The position numbers were made by a program, and so were the translations under genes. 32,000 bases of DNA, from assembly GCA_963675915.1 (NCBI GenBank), contig OY780959.1:1140001-1172000 (forward strand), written 5' to 3'. Shown one piece after another: positions 16,333 to 25,543 of the stretch. The notes under the pieces were generated by a model. It was not told the DNA's origin and ran no database searches. It saw only the letters and a list, made by a program, of their open reading frames with translations. The number at the start of each line of letters is the position of its first letter. The stretch's first letter is position 1. The DNA comes from Coprobacillaceae bacterium. Its GTDB lineage: Bacteria > Bacillota_I > Bacilli_A > Erysipelotrichales > Coprobacillaceae.

Positions 16333-16941
16333 TCTTTATTCCTCCTTTCCCAAATTTATCTCTTAACTTTTGTTTATCTGGCTTGGTTTTTTGCAGTCTG
16401 AAGGCATTCTTAAGATATTCCTGCCCTTTTTCGCTTTGATTTAGTCGGTGGATGAATGCGTCGCGGCGATAAATAAGATAATCCAGATAATTCAAATCAG
16501 CAACTTCGATGAAATTCAAACCAGTATAATTACTTACAAGATTCTCCCAAGTTGTAAAGATTTCAAATCCCTCATCATCGTCCATCGGATAATAAGGGAT
16601 TTCTAGTTTTTTGTGTTGGTTACCTCAGAGATAAAACTGACATATGATGTAAACAACACAACGATATCTTCAAAATCAAAGTATTCCTCCAGCAGTTCAG
16701 GTGAGACCATGATCTTGTTCTTGTTTCGACTTAGAATATTCGCACAAAGAGCGAACAACTCTTCAATTGAGTCGCCGTCCAACTCTTCCTCATTCACGCT
16801 AATAATTCTCTGAGTTGAAACAATATCATCGAAGAGTTTCTTGTTAGGCATGGTAACCAGTAGTTTGGTTTTGTCATCATCAGGCAAAATAACCACTAAA
16901 TGCTGTTTTTTTCGAATGCTAAAATCTAATGTTTTATTCAT
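16319..16941 (-). CDS. Tail assembly chaperone, -1 frameshift fusion product (GT-like)
   Basis: A -1 slip at A_AAA_AAC gives ...TNTKK-LEIPYYPMDDDEGFEIF..., joining the tracked ORF 16319..16585. That ORF has no SD of its own, and its end overlaps the tape measure start. Confidence 0.7.
16603..16941 (-). CDS. Tail assembly chaperone (G-like), 112 aa
   Basis: Acidic protein between the major tail gene and the tape measure gene. It ends ...SEVTNTKN* on a slippery heptamer. Confidence 0.8.
   Translation of the reverse strand: MNKTLDFSIRKKQHLVVILPDDDKTKLLVTMPNKKLFDDIVSTQRIISVNEEELDGDSIEELFALCANILSRNKNKIMVSPELLEEYFDFEDIVVLFTSYVSFISEVTNTKN
16606..16612 (-). promoter_or_regulatory. Slippery heptamer AAAAAAC for programmed -1 ribosomal frameshifting
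   Basis: Minus strand reads ACA AAA AAC TAG. The plus-strand gtttttt is at 16606-16612, immediately before the zero-frame stop at 16603-16605. Confidence 0.7.
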
Positions 16942-16947
16942 GCAATC

Positions 16948-17508
16948 TTACCCCTCAACTGGATCAGCCATCTCCTCAACATATTGAATCAATGTCCCCT
17001 CAGAATCCTGAGGCAAACACTTGAACTCAGCATCAATCACAGTTTCTTTGTCCTTCGCAAATGCCAAGGCGAACCCACCTTGGTTGACCGCTCTTACCAC
17101 AACCCAAACATCACCATCAGTTGCATCAGTGTGATGAAAGCAGATTGCGTACGATTTGCCATCATGGTTGGCGATACCCCCAATTTTGACTGTTCTGATT
17201 CCTGCAGCTTCAGTAACTCTCGCTGTACTTGCTAGTTTTGCCAGACTATTACCATTCCACGTGATAATACCGCTTTTAAGGGTAGCTTCTTCTTCAGTGA
17301 TGATCGTTTTGGTAACTGCTCCGGAATCATCCTTTGCTTCGTACCAGGTCCCTTTGTATTCCAGCGTCGCTCCTCCTGCAATTCGACCGAGTAAATCGGT
17401 AGCCGGATCGAAATCAGAATATGCTGGAATAACACCGGCATATTCTTTGATCATCAGATCACCGGAACCTAATGTAATTACATCTGCATCTCTATTATCT
17501 GCCATCAA
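16948..17508 (-). CDS. Major tail protein, 186 aa
   Basis: It sits just upstream of the chaperone pair and has the typical size. The sequence looks beta-rich (ITLGSGDLMIKEY..., TVIDAEFKCLPQD). Confidence 0.8.
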   Translation of the reverse strand: MMADNRDADVITLGSGDLMIKEYAGVIPAYSDFDPATDLLGRIAGGATLEYKGTWYEAKDDSGAVTKTIITEEEATLKSGIITWNGNSLAKLASTARVTEAAGIRTVKIGGIANHDGKSYAICFHHTDATDGDVWVVVRAVNQGGFALAFAKDKETVIDAEFKCLPQDSEGTLIQYVEEMADPVEG

Positions 17509-17838
17509 TTAATCCTCCTTTTTCGTTATATAATCAAATTCATAAACTACCATGTAAAGCTGTTCATCTTCCAAGAATTGGTGACTAGCCTTTCGATAGG
17601 CAATTCCCGATGCATTAAGTGCATTTTCAATCTTCATTTGCGATTGTTCATCTAGCGCATAAGAATACATCTCAATCGTGCAATCATGCTCTTCAAGTAG
17701 ATTCTTATCATCACTACCTCTAGCTTCAAATTCGTCAAAGTAGACTGCATATGTGATTTGGGGTGGCTTGATGAATCTACACCTCCGATATGTTTGATTT
17801 TCAACAAACCCGGCTTGTTCTAAAATATCCTCAACCAT
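17509..17838 (-). CDS. Tail-completion / neck protein, 110 aa
   Basis: The ORF is open to 17949, but the ATG at 17838 (MVEDILEQ...) overlaps the upstream stop by only 8 nt. Synteny only. Confidence 0.55.
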   Translation of the reverse strand: MVEDILEQAGFVENQTYRRCRFIKPPQITYAVYFDEFEARGSDDKNLLEEHDCTIEMYSYALDEQSQMKIENALNASGIAYRKASHQFLEDEQLYMVVYEFDYITKKED

Positions 17839-18223
17839 TTCTATACAGCTCCTCAATTTGAAGAATATATTTTGCAGTAATTTTATCGGTGTTGATTCTG
17901 ATAAAATTCGTCCCTTCATACCTTTTACCATCTCTGAGGGCATGGCCATTATTCAACAAATGAGATAACCGGTAATCATTACCTTTCACATACCAGAGTT
18001 TGGATATGCCATAGTAGTTTTCCATAACGGTTTTCGAAGTTATATTATCCCGATAATGTTTTCTCCGACGGCCTACCGGTGCATCTTCCTTGGTATTTGC
18101 CACTAATTCATTCATGGCTTGTCCTGTTATTTTCTTGAGTTCTTTTACCTTTTCATCGTTATATTCTTCCATTACTCTGGTAATTGCCTCGGCCAGTTCG
18201 TCAATCGGTATATTATCACCCAT
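17831..18223 (-). CDS. HK97 gp10-like head-tail joining protein, 130 aa
   Basis: Assigned from position and the N-terminal pattern DELAEAITRVMEEY...ELVANTKEDAPV. Confidence 0.65.
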   Translation of the reverse strand: MGDNIPIDELAEAITRVMEEYNDEKVKELKKITGQAMNELVANTKEDAPVGRRRKHYRDNITSKTVMENYYGISKLWYVKGNDYRLSHLLNNGHALRDGKRYEGTNFIRINTDKITAKYILQIEELYRNG

Positions 18224-18531
18224 CAGTAGGATTCCCCCAACAGTCGTATTGATTTGTTTAACATCATGTAATTATCGTAGTCTTTAATGTTGTACGTAAT
18301 GCCATTGTATTTTATTCGATAAGATTGGGTGTCATTGCAGATATCCCTAATCCTTTTTGAATACCTAACATCAAAAACAAAAGCAACCTTATTCCGACTT
18401 GCTCCGGCCTTTAAGTATTCACTATCACGATTGGATTTATTGATCCTGGCGTGAAGCTGATACAACGGCTCCCAGATCTCGGTATCAGGATTGATTTTTT
18501 CAATTGCTATCGGTTTATCATACGGTTTCAT
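18223..18531 (-). CDS. Head-tail adaptor / head closure protein
   Basis: I chose the start at 18531 (MKPYDKP...) because GAGGTG lies 6 nt upstream. Assigned from position in the connector block. Confidence 0.65.
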   Translation of the reverse strand: MKPYDKPIAIEKINPDTEIWEPLYQLHARINKSNRDSEYLKAGASRNKVAFVFDVRYSKRIRDICNDTQSYRIKYNGITYNIKDYDNYMMLNKSIRLLGESY

Positions 18532-18826
18532 TGAATACACCTCGACTCATTTCTAAACGTAACTGTAGCGACATTGAATCGACTAATCTGCGAGTATTAC
18601 CTGTAAGACTCTCTTTAGACGAACCGCGATTGTCATACAAATCCGCAATAATAATCAGGGCAATTTCCTTTGATCTGGGATCATCAAGTGGATAATTAAC
18701 CCCAATGGCTCCCTTGAGATACGAATCAGCAGTGTTTATTAGTCTTGCAATATTAGAAATAATCATAGGATCATCAGAATCATCAAGGCCAAGGTAGTTG
18801 TAAACCTCAGTATTTGTTACGACCAT
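18518..18826 (-). CDS. gp6-like head-tail connector protein, 102 aa
   Basis: It lies immediately after the major capsid gene. The N-terminus VTNTEVYNYLGLDDSDD is typical of this class. Confidence 0.7.
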   Translation of the reverse strand: MVVTNTEVYNYLGLDDSDDPMIISNIARLINTADSYLKGAIGVNYPLDDPRSKEIALIIIADLYDNRGSSKESLTGNTRRLVDSMSLQLRLEMSRGVFNETV

Positions 18827-18848
18827 TTTGCCACCTCCTGGCTATTAT

Positions 18849-20003
18849 CTAGACCGTGATATAACCATTTACGTATGCATCTTTATCAATCTCTTTATAG
18901 TCATCGCGCAAGATGGCTCTAAACAAGGTCATATTTTGGGCATAGGCATTGAAAGAACCGATTGTCGCAACATCTGATGCCTTGATTGACATCGATTGAC
19001 GATCAAATTTTTTGATGGCTTGTTTCAAATCACCGATAATGAACGGGATGTCGAACTGCTCCGCATTTGGAGCCGATGCCATGACATCATTTGGGATTGC
19101 TTTTACGGAGATCGTCACATTACCACAGCGTAGTCTGAAATCTGTCGGCGACGTCGGATCCGGATTTAACAGCGGCCGGTTGTCACCATCTTTTAGAGTG
19201 TCCAAATAATTCAATCCATCATCATTGGTAATGATTTTAGAAGTTGCTTTGTAAGCAGACCCGAGTGTCACTGTGACAGCTTTTCGAATACCATCCAAAT
19301 CTTTCAAATCAGTCTTTGCTTTAGCTGCAATGATCGCCAGGATCTTCGCGTTTGATGTCGCAACTTTCGCTTTTCCAAGCCATTCAGTCACCGTATTAGT
19401 GATGTTGGCATCAGAATCACTGATTAGATCATTTGAAACCGGCATAAATCCAGCTCGGTCTTTGATCAGGTAGCTTACTCTTTCAAATTTTGGAGCTGCA
19501 ATTTCTTTGGTAATTGCCCCATTTTCATCTACGTCGACAAAAACATCACCAGTTGCCTTAACTTGATATGTTCTAGACCCCTTGTTTGTCGTTACGTTTT
19601 CAACCGCAATATCGCCCAATAACGAATAACTGACTTCCGCATATTTGTTGATTTTAGTTTGGATATCTTCAGGAACCGTGTATCCGCCATCGGTGTCAAT
19701 CCCTTCAACCAATGATTTTTTAAGAAGGATATCTTTTACCGCTTTCGCAAACTTCCCGACCGAATCTTCCGTTTCCTTTACCTTTTTTTGTTTTTCGAGT
19801 TCTTCCTCGCTTGGAGCTGAATTATCTTTATCCAGCTCAAAGATTCGTTTTTCGACATTGAATTCTTTTTGTAAATCTGCTACTTCATTCATCAATTCAG
19901 CTGCCTTTTCCACGTCTTTGTTTGTTTCATCACTCATTAATGATTTTGCCTCATCAGTTTTTGCCTGCATTTTTGACAATAATTCCCGCATTTTTTTATT
20001 CAT
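18849..20003 (-). CDS. Major capsid protein, HK97 fold, with an N-terminal delta-like coiled coil
   Basis: It follows the protease. The N-terminal 90 aa are helical and charged (MRELLSKMQAKTDEAKSLM...). I chose the start at 20003 because GAGGAT lies 8 nt upstream. Confidence 0.88.
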   Translation of the reverse strand: MNKKMRELLSKMQAKTDEAKSLMSDETNKDVEKAAELMNEVADLQKEFNVEKRIFELDKDNSAPSEEELEKQKKVKETEDSVGKFAKAVKDILLKKSLVEGIDTDGGYTVPEDIQTKINKYAEVSYSLLGDIAVENVTTNKGSRTYQVKATGDVFVDVDENGAITKEIAAPKFERVSYLIKDRAGFMPVSNDLISDSDANITNTVTEWLGKAKVATSNAKILAIIAAKAKTDLKDLDGIRKAVTVTLGSAYKATSKIITNDDGLNYLDTLKDGDNRPLLNPDPTSPTDFRLRCGNVTISVKAIPNDVMASAPNAEQFDIPFIIGDLKQAIKKFDRQSMSIKASDVATIGSFNAYAQNMTLFRAILRDDYKEIDKDAYVNGYITV

Positions 20004-20833
20004 TGCCATTTATCCTCGCTTTCTTTTTGCACATACAAAAAGGACTCGGTTAATTTGATATTCAAATCAAGCTCAGCGTCCTTTTTTGTATTAATATTCA
20101 AATTTTCTTGTTCTAATTCATTACCTTTTCCCTTGACTGGTTTAGAAAAACCAATACTCTTTTGGGTCCCCGCTCTTGGTTGGGCCGGTACTGCTACAAA
20201 TGACAACTCATAAGCCTCTTTGGCCCCGGATAATAGCATCTTGCATGTTGTTTTCGCCATTTTCCCATCTTTTTGGGTTTGTTCATATTCGACCCCGGGC
20301 CAGTGACGGCAATAGTCTTTCATATTATCTGCGCCACAAATGTTGCATACCATTTTCTTGGGAATTGAATGAGTCGAAACTTCTTTTTTGATTCCAGCCT
20401 TGATTTCAGCAATCAAATCTTTGTTAGAATCGGTTTTGACCATGTAGATTTTGGCCACCAGCTCCGAATGGACTTCACCTAGTCCAGTGACCTTTCCTTT
20501 TTGAATCAGTTCGGTATCATATACTCTCGCAACCTGGTTATCTGCTCTTCGCATGTGGTCTTTGATCATCGTTTTACCGATGTAGAGTTTTTTCAAATCT
20601 TTCAAAGCTGACAGATCGAACGGCATGAAGTTTCGATCATCTTGTTCGTTGTCACAGATTGAAGCTTTGAAAACAAATACATCGTCAGCCCCGAGCGGTT
20701 CTAAGGTGAACTGGTTGATTTTTTTCAAGTCGCTGCCGGTAATTTCCAGCAGCTTCACATTGGCCACTTTCTGGATGACACCCGGAATCGCTTCGGGATC
20801 ATCAAAATCTACTACTAACTTTTCATTCTCCAT
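20000..20833 (-). CDS. HK97-family prohead protease (possibly with a C-terminal scaffold-like tail), 277 aa
   Basis: It lies between the portal and the capsid gene. The motif YELSFVAVPAQPRAGT resembles the family's E-x-S-x-V-x-x-PA signature. AAAGGAG SD. Confidence 0.7.
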   Translation of the reverse strand: MENEKLVVDFDDPEAIPGVIQKVANVKLLEITGSDLKKINQFTLEPLGADDVFVFKASICDNEQDDRNFMPFDLSALKDLKKLYIGKTMIKDHMRRADNQVARVYDTELIQKGKVTGLGEVHSELVAKIYMVKTDSNKDLIAEIKAGIKKEVSTHSIPKKMVCNICGADNMKDYCRHWPGVEYEQTQKDGKMAKTTCKMLLSGAKEAYELSFVAVPAQPRAGTQKSIGFSKPVKGKGNELEQENLNINTKKDAELDLNIKLTESFLYVQKESEDKWQ

Positions 20834-20847
20834 TTACTGCTCCTTTC

Positions 20848-22104
20848 TTAATTGTTTGATGGATTAGACTTGTCATTGACATATTGGGACCCCACCAAAC
20901 CAATCGGGATAGTCGCGCCGTTGCCAATTAATTGATCACCTCCAGGCAATGCCTCCATATCAAGATAGCCTCTAGCTTCATTGGGAGTATAAATAAAATT
21001 TTGCACCCCATTGGTAAGAGCTTCGATTTGCTTCACCAAATCAGCCCTTAATATCACCGCCACATTGAATTTGAAATGATATCCATCGTCAACTTCGCTT
21101 GTTGGCAACAGCTTATAGATCAATTCTTCTTCATATTGCTTGATGATGTAGAGCAAAGTATCTACATAGAAAGCTAACTGCTGAGCTTCAGCAGAGGCGT
21201 AGCTTGATTTGGTGTAGTCGCCAATTTGATTCGGTTTAATCCCAAACGCGCTGGCGATTTGTAAGGCTGAATACTTCTTGATTTCAATAAACTGGTTATC
21301 GGCCAGTTTTATGTTCAGCGGATTCAATGAAAATCCCAACGGAATTGGAATGATATTTTCAATTCCTTTATCTTTCAATTCTCCTTTTCCATAAGCTTCC
21401 GTCATTCTTATCAGCTCTTGAACATTGGCGTCATTGAGCGAACCAGTATAATTCAAGACCGCTTTGGCCGTGAAGCCTGAATCATACATCTTATTAAGCA
21501 TTTCCTGAGAAGAAATATTACCGTTAATCGTCATTTTTAGTTGATCTTTGACTGAAACTCCCACAATCCCATCAAAAGTATTGCTGGATTTGAAATGGAG
21601 AATCTCTTCTGAGGCAAACCTAAAAGTTTGGCCACCTTTTGAGTAGATATAATAGATATCTACCTGGTCGGACAGTTTTCTGGCATCATCATACCAAACG
21701 GTTACTTCATCGCTCGGTAGAATCCAGAGTCTAGTATTACGTCCGGCCCCATCAATCAAGACATAGGCATTCCCATAATGGTTTCGGTTATATTCGACCG
21801 TCGACCAGAACGTGGTGCTTGTCATGTAGGGATTCGGCCGATTTCTGAGCACATTGTACAGCTGATGGCGTCTGGCGTTCTCCACTCCGTTGCGCTCGTT
21901 GTATTTTAGCAGCTTCAGCGGCAATTTCCCGATGCTTTCGCTGAGCACCTTCATACAGGCAAAGTAGGTTGCCTCGCTCAAAGCCTCTTGCTTGGTCGTA
22001 TCGATTCCCAGGAAGGCCAACAAGTCGTTCAACTGGGTTGTTTCAACCGTCTCTTTGTGAAAAAAACTGTTGAACCATTTCCTAAATCTTTGGGTTATGT
22101 CCAT
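20848..22104 (-). CDS. Portal protein
   Basis: About 418 aa, directly after terL. I chose the start at 22104 (MDITQRF...) because GGAGG lies 6 nt upstream. The ORF is open to 22125. Confidence 0.85.
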   Translation of the reverse strand: MDITQRFRKWFNSFFHKETVETTQLNDLLAFLGIDTTKQEALSEATYFACMKVLSESIGKLPLKLLKYNERNGVENARRHQLYNVLRNRPNPYMTSTTFWSTVEYNRNHYGNAYVLIDGAGRNTRLWILPSDEVTVWYDDARKLSDQVDIYYIYSKGGQTFRFASEEILHFKSSNTFDGIVGVSVKDQLKMTINGNISSQEMLNKMYDSGFTAKAVLNYTGSLNDANVQELIRMTEAYGKGELKDKGIENIIPIPLGFSLNPLNIKLADNQFIEIKKYSALQIASAFGIKPNQIGDYTKSSYASAEAQQLAFYVDTLLYIIKQYEEELIYKLLPTSEVDDGYHFKFNVAVILRADLVKQIEALTNGVQNFIYTPNEARGYLDMEALPGGDQLIGNGATIPIGLVGSQYVNDKSNPSNN

Positions 22105-22126
22105 ACGATTCCTCCAATCATCCATA

Positions 22127-23854
22127 TTATTTTATCCCCATGATTTTCAAATATTCATCCAAGCTGCTTTGGACATCAACCTTGTTTTCGTTCTTGCCCA
22201 TAACTTTCAGCTTAACGGCCCTTGCATCAACCGCAGCATCAACCGGGTCTATTCGCTTGAATCGTGCTCGCGGTTCCTTGTCTACTTTCATTTCACCAAA
22301 GGAATTCTTGACTATTTTGGCATTTGAAAAACTCCAGGTTAAAAGCTCGTTGCCTTTGCTGTATTTGTAGTTTCCGGATTTCACTGATAGTTGGACATCT
22401 TCCGTGGCATCGTTAAGAAACTTCGCTGACTGCGTGATTATGACAACCGGTACCCCGAAGCTTTCCAGGTCTGACAAAATCCCATCGGCATTGTGAGGAT
22501 CGATCCCTATTCCTTTGATTTTCAAATCATAAGTCTCTATCAATTCACGCAAATGACTGATGATGAATTTGTAGTCATTTTTATATGAGCTTGATCCCCC
22601 CGTGACGGTGATCAACTCCATTTGTTCCCATAAATCATAGGGTGCCAAGTCAGTCTCAATATGCTCTTCCAACCTCCCTCGAGGCATGAATGAGTGCGAG
22701 TACAAATATGTATTAGCCGTAGCATCTTCATCAGATTCTAAAGCCAAAGTGGTCAAATCGCCACCTGATGACAGGTCTAACCCCACCCAAAATCCTTGAC
22801 CTCGGTAATCAGCTATCGTTTTATCACTCCCATTATTCGCCCATTTATCCGGATTGATATAATTGCGGTCAGTATTGTTGAGCCATTGGTTAAGTGACTT
22901 TACCAGAAAGTCTCTTAAATCAGCTCCGCCCATATCTTTTGCTGTCTGGGCATCGGTTCTAAGCGTCGCCATGCCATGTTCGGTCCGGGCCAGGTACGGA
23001 TTAGCTTTAATCCAGTTGGATTCATCCCAAGGATCATCGTTTTCGTTCAAGGAATAGATATCCACAAAAAAATCCTCTGCGGTCGCATTGCCCTTGAGGA
23101 TATTGATGGCATAATCATCCATTTCTTTGCAAAAACTATTGATCTTGTCACCGCGCGTGGTAATCATGGATACCAATGTCTCGGCCAAGGCCTTGGTCCC
23201 ATTGTAAATTGCCTTGTAGATTTTGTTATCACGGTGCTGATGCAGCTCGTCGACCGATGTGAATATCGACCGGAACCCATCATCGAGGCCCGATTCCTTA
23301 CTTAACGCTTCAATTGTGCATCCGGTCATGCTACATTGGATTACTGATTTGTAATCCTTCACCGAGAACAGTTCACCAAGATCTTCATCGATATTGATGA
23401 ACTTGGCCATCTCTTCCCAGGCCAGCCGGGATTGCCGCTTTTTGGTAGCCACAGTAAAAAGCTTTCCGTGATTATACCCACTAAATCCGGCAATATATGT
23501 TCCCAGGACCCCATTCTCCATTGTCTTGCCATTCTGCCGTGCGACGCTCTTATAAGAACGTCTAAACCTTCGACAGCCATTCAATTTTTTCCAGCCGAAG
23601 CGGGAGCCGATATCAAAGCATTGCTCCGCAATCAAACATAATGGGGTTGGCTCCATCCCTTCGGCCAGGGTCAACGTTTCGGCATATTCAAGAACCCGTT
23701 CAGATGCACCTGCGTCCCAATAATACGGAAATTCTTTTGTATTTTGATTCTCGAGATTATCGAGATGTCTTTTGCATGCCAGGATGTGGAGATCCCCTGC
23801 AACATCTAAACCACTGACCACACGTCTGGCGTGATCAGTAACTCGGTCGAGCAT
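22127..23854 (-). CDS. terL: Terminase large subunit, 575 aa
   Basis: Walker A-like ARQNGKT, the typical size, and a start that overlaps the terS stop (TAATG). Confidence 0.9.
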   Translation of the reverse strand: MLDRVTDHARRVVSGLDVAGDLHILACKRHLDNLENQNTKEFPYYWDAGASERVLEYAETLTLAEGMEPTPLCLIAEQCFDIGSRFGWKKLNGCRRFRRSYKSVARQNGKTMENGVLGTYIAGFSGYNHGKLFTVATKKRQSRLAWEEMAKFINIDEDLGELFSVKDYKSVIQCSMTGCTIEALSKESGLDDGFRSIFTSVDELHQHRDNKIYKAIYNGTKALAETLVSMITTRGDKINSFCKEMDDYAINILKGNATAEDFFVDIYSLNENDDPWDESNWIKANPYLARTEHGMATLRTDAQTAKDMGGADLRDFLVKSLNQWLNNTDRNYINPDKWANNGSDKTIADYRGQGFWVGLDLSSGGDLTTLALESDEDATANTYLYSHSFMPRGRLEEHIETDLAPYDLWEQMELITVTGGSSSYKNDYKFIISHLRELIETYDLKIKGIGIDPHNADGILSDLESFGVPVVIITQSAKFLNDATEDVQLSVKSGNYKYSKGNELLTWSFSNAKIVKNSFGEMKVDKEPRARFKRIDPVDAAVDARAVKLKVMGKNENKVDVQSSLDEYLKIMGIK

Positions 23855-24321
23855 TAATTATTCCCAAACTTAGCCATGAATTTATTCTCTTTGGGTTCTT
23901 CAACCTGGGGAACGACTAATTTGCATCTCGAGGAGATTGTGAGTCCCAGATCACTAGCGCAATTGCGACATTGTTTGAATGCCTTATCCTGCATGATTGC
24001 TATCTTGGCCATGGCATCGAGATCTCCGGTTCTGATCGATTTATTCTGCATTCGCGTAAATTTGAAATATAGATCTTTAGAAATCAAATATCTCGTCAAG
24101 GTATCGACATCCAGTTCTGTAAAAATATCTAGCGTCACCAGCTTGTCGGCAATCTCCATAAACTCTTCTTTTTGTGACTTTGTCAGTCCTTTTCGAGGCG
24201 GCCTGATATCGGTATAGGGCACCGAAACTTCAGTTTTTTTTCGCTTAGAAATTTCCTCTTTAGTTCGATGTGATTTTCCCTCATATACTAGTAAATCAAC
24301 CGGTTTTCTGGGTCTTACCAT
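23854..24321 (-). CDS. terS: Terminase small subunit (P27-like)
   Basis: Start at 24321 (MVRPRKPVDLL...) with GGAGG about 9 nt upstream. The ORF is open to 24381. It lies directly upstream of terL. Confidence 0.8.
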   Translation of the reverse strand: MVRPRKPVDLLVYEGKSHRTKEEISKRKKTEVSVPYTDIRPPRKGLTKSQKEEFMEIADKLVTLDIFTELDVDTLTRYLISKDLYFKFTRMQNKSIRTGDLDAMAKIAIMQDKAFKQCRNCASDLGLTISSRCKLVVPQVEEPKENKFMAKFGNN

Positions 24322-24415
24322 TGGATTTCGCCTCCTTTTTTGAAAATTCGTTTTGGGAATTTTTTCTACACAGTGGTTCATAGCATCGTTAGCTTAGAAA
24401 AGGTAGGAAACTTTT

Positions 24416-24823
24416 TTACAGGCCCCTACCTCTATTTTTATTGATTTTAGTGAACCTTCTGTGCTCGTGATTATGACAATCAAGGCACAACAGTTCTAAT
24501 TCTTCATAGTTAAGCTTATTATCCCACCCTTCAGGTGTCTTGATATTCTTCTTATGGTGAACTTGAGTGCCAATCTTGCCGCATCTCTCACATTTATAAT
24601 CCCGATCTTGAGCATATTTGGCAGATAATGACTTCCAAAGATTGCTTGAATAAAATCTTACATACTTTGGGTCCCGCTTTTGATTGTATTTCTTGTTGTT
24701 TCTGCGCTGATTGGCCTTCTTTTTTGCTTCAATTTTTGCTTTGGCAACCGGCTCACAGCAATCGCAGTAGGTCTTGCCATAAGAAATTAGCGTTCCACAT
24801 CTAGCGCATGACTTCATTAACAT
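24416..24823 (-). CDS. HNH endonuclease, 135 aa
   Basis: CxxC...CxxC zinc knuckles and the HNH core CERCGKIGTQVHHKKNI...LELLCLDCHNHEH. It is placed just before terS, as in HNH-dependent cos-type packaging modules. Confidence 0.9.
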   Translation of the reverse strand: MLMKSCARCGTLISYGKTYCDCCEPVAKAKIEAKKKANQRRNNKKYNQKRDPKYVRFYSSNLWKSLSAKYAQDRDYKCERCGKIGTQVHHKKNIKTPEGWDNKLNYEELELLCLDCHNHEHRRFTKINKNRGRGL

Positions 24824-24841
24824 TCAACCACCCTTTCTTGA

Positions 24842-24966
24842 TATCTTAAATCCTAGTACAACCATCAAATCAAATATCATATTTGTAATGAGATTTGTCA
24901 GGAGTATTTACAAATGATTGAAACCAGTGAAAAATGGATTGGTATGTCATACTAGGATTTAAAATA
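24842..24966. repeat. Inverted repeat (13/13 perfect, 16/17 extended) bracketing 91 bp with nested dyads
   Basis: ttaaatcctagta (24846-24858) matches tactaggatttaa (24950-24962). With one mismatch the repeat extends to 24842 and 24966. Inside are the palindrome caaatat-c-atatttg (24871-24885) and the pair atttgtaa (24881-24888) / ttacaaat (24908-24915). Confidence 0.9.
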
Positions 24967-24993
24967 AAAAACCAACCGATTTTGCTCAGTTGG
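24961..24993 (-). terminator. Intrinsic terminator between the early operon and the late operon
   Basis: Minus strand reads CCAACTGA-GCAAAA-TCGGTTGG, an 8-bp stem with one G-U pair, followed by TTTTTTATTTT (24971-24961). Confidence 0.7.
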
Positions 24994-25087
24994 CTTATAT
25001 TCTTCTAAGGGGAGCGAAGAATTTAGTTATGAAATTCAATTATCGCTGAACTCCATAATCAAATAATAACACACTTCAAACTACTGA

Positions 25088-25543
25088 TTACTCTTGCTTA
25101 CTATTGTTTGCTACTGACTTTTCTTTTAACTCTAAATTCCTCTTCAATCTTTGTAGCGCCCTTGCATGAATGGCATAGGATCTTGATTCACTATAATCCA
25201 ACTCGACAGCAATATCCTTCCAATCCTTGTCCATGAAATATTTTAAGTGCAGCAGTCTAAAATAGAGAGGTCCCAGTTTTTCGATTTCCTGAAATATTTC
25301 ATGCCTTATTCGAGCTTCCTCACATTTGGCAGTAAGCAGCTTTTGCTCAACCAAATCATATTGGGCCACAATCTTTTCAAACTGCGCTTTATTACTCCTG
25401 TTGGTCCCTGTACTTTCCTGATACTGCGGGCCGCCCAACGAATATTTTTTTTCATTCAAAGCCGCCATTTCTATCTCCAGCGACTTCATTCGAATATCCC
25501 CCTCCTTCACTTGCCCTAAGTACTTTCTAACTTTATCTGTCAT
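25088..25543 (-). CDS. Late-gene transcriptional regulator, sigma-70 region-4-like (ArpU/RinA/DUF1492 class)
   Basis: It is the last gene before the packaging module. The C-terminus LYFRLLHLKYFMDKDWKDIAVELDYSESRSYAIHARALQRLKR is an r4-type HTH. I chose the start at 25543 because GAGGG lies 6 nt upstream. Confidence 0.65.
   Translation of the reverse strand: MTDKVRKYLGQVKEGDIRMKSLEIEMAALNEKKYSLGGPQYQESTGTNRSNKAQFEKIVAQYDLVEQKLLTAKCEEARIRHEIFQEIEKLGPLYFRLLHLKYFMDKDWKDIAVELDYSESRSYAIHARALQRLKRNLELKEKSVANNSKQE

Noticed and set aside
17232-17441. Nested alternative-frame or antisense ORFs inside large phage genes. Examples are 17232..17441, 17156..17512, 19645..20058, 22976..23305, 23359..23580, 23876..24217 and 26484..26882.
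   Set aside because: All lie within genes that have clear family motifs or strong synteny. None has an SD, and their compositions are typical of shadow ORFs.
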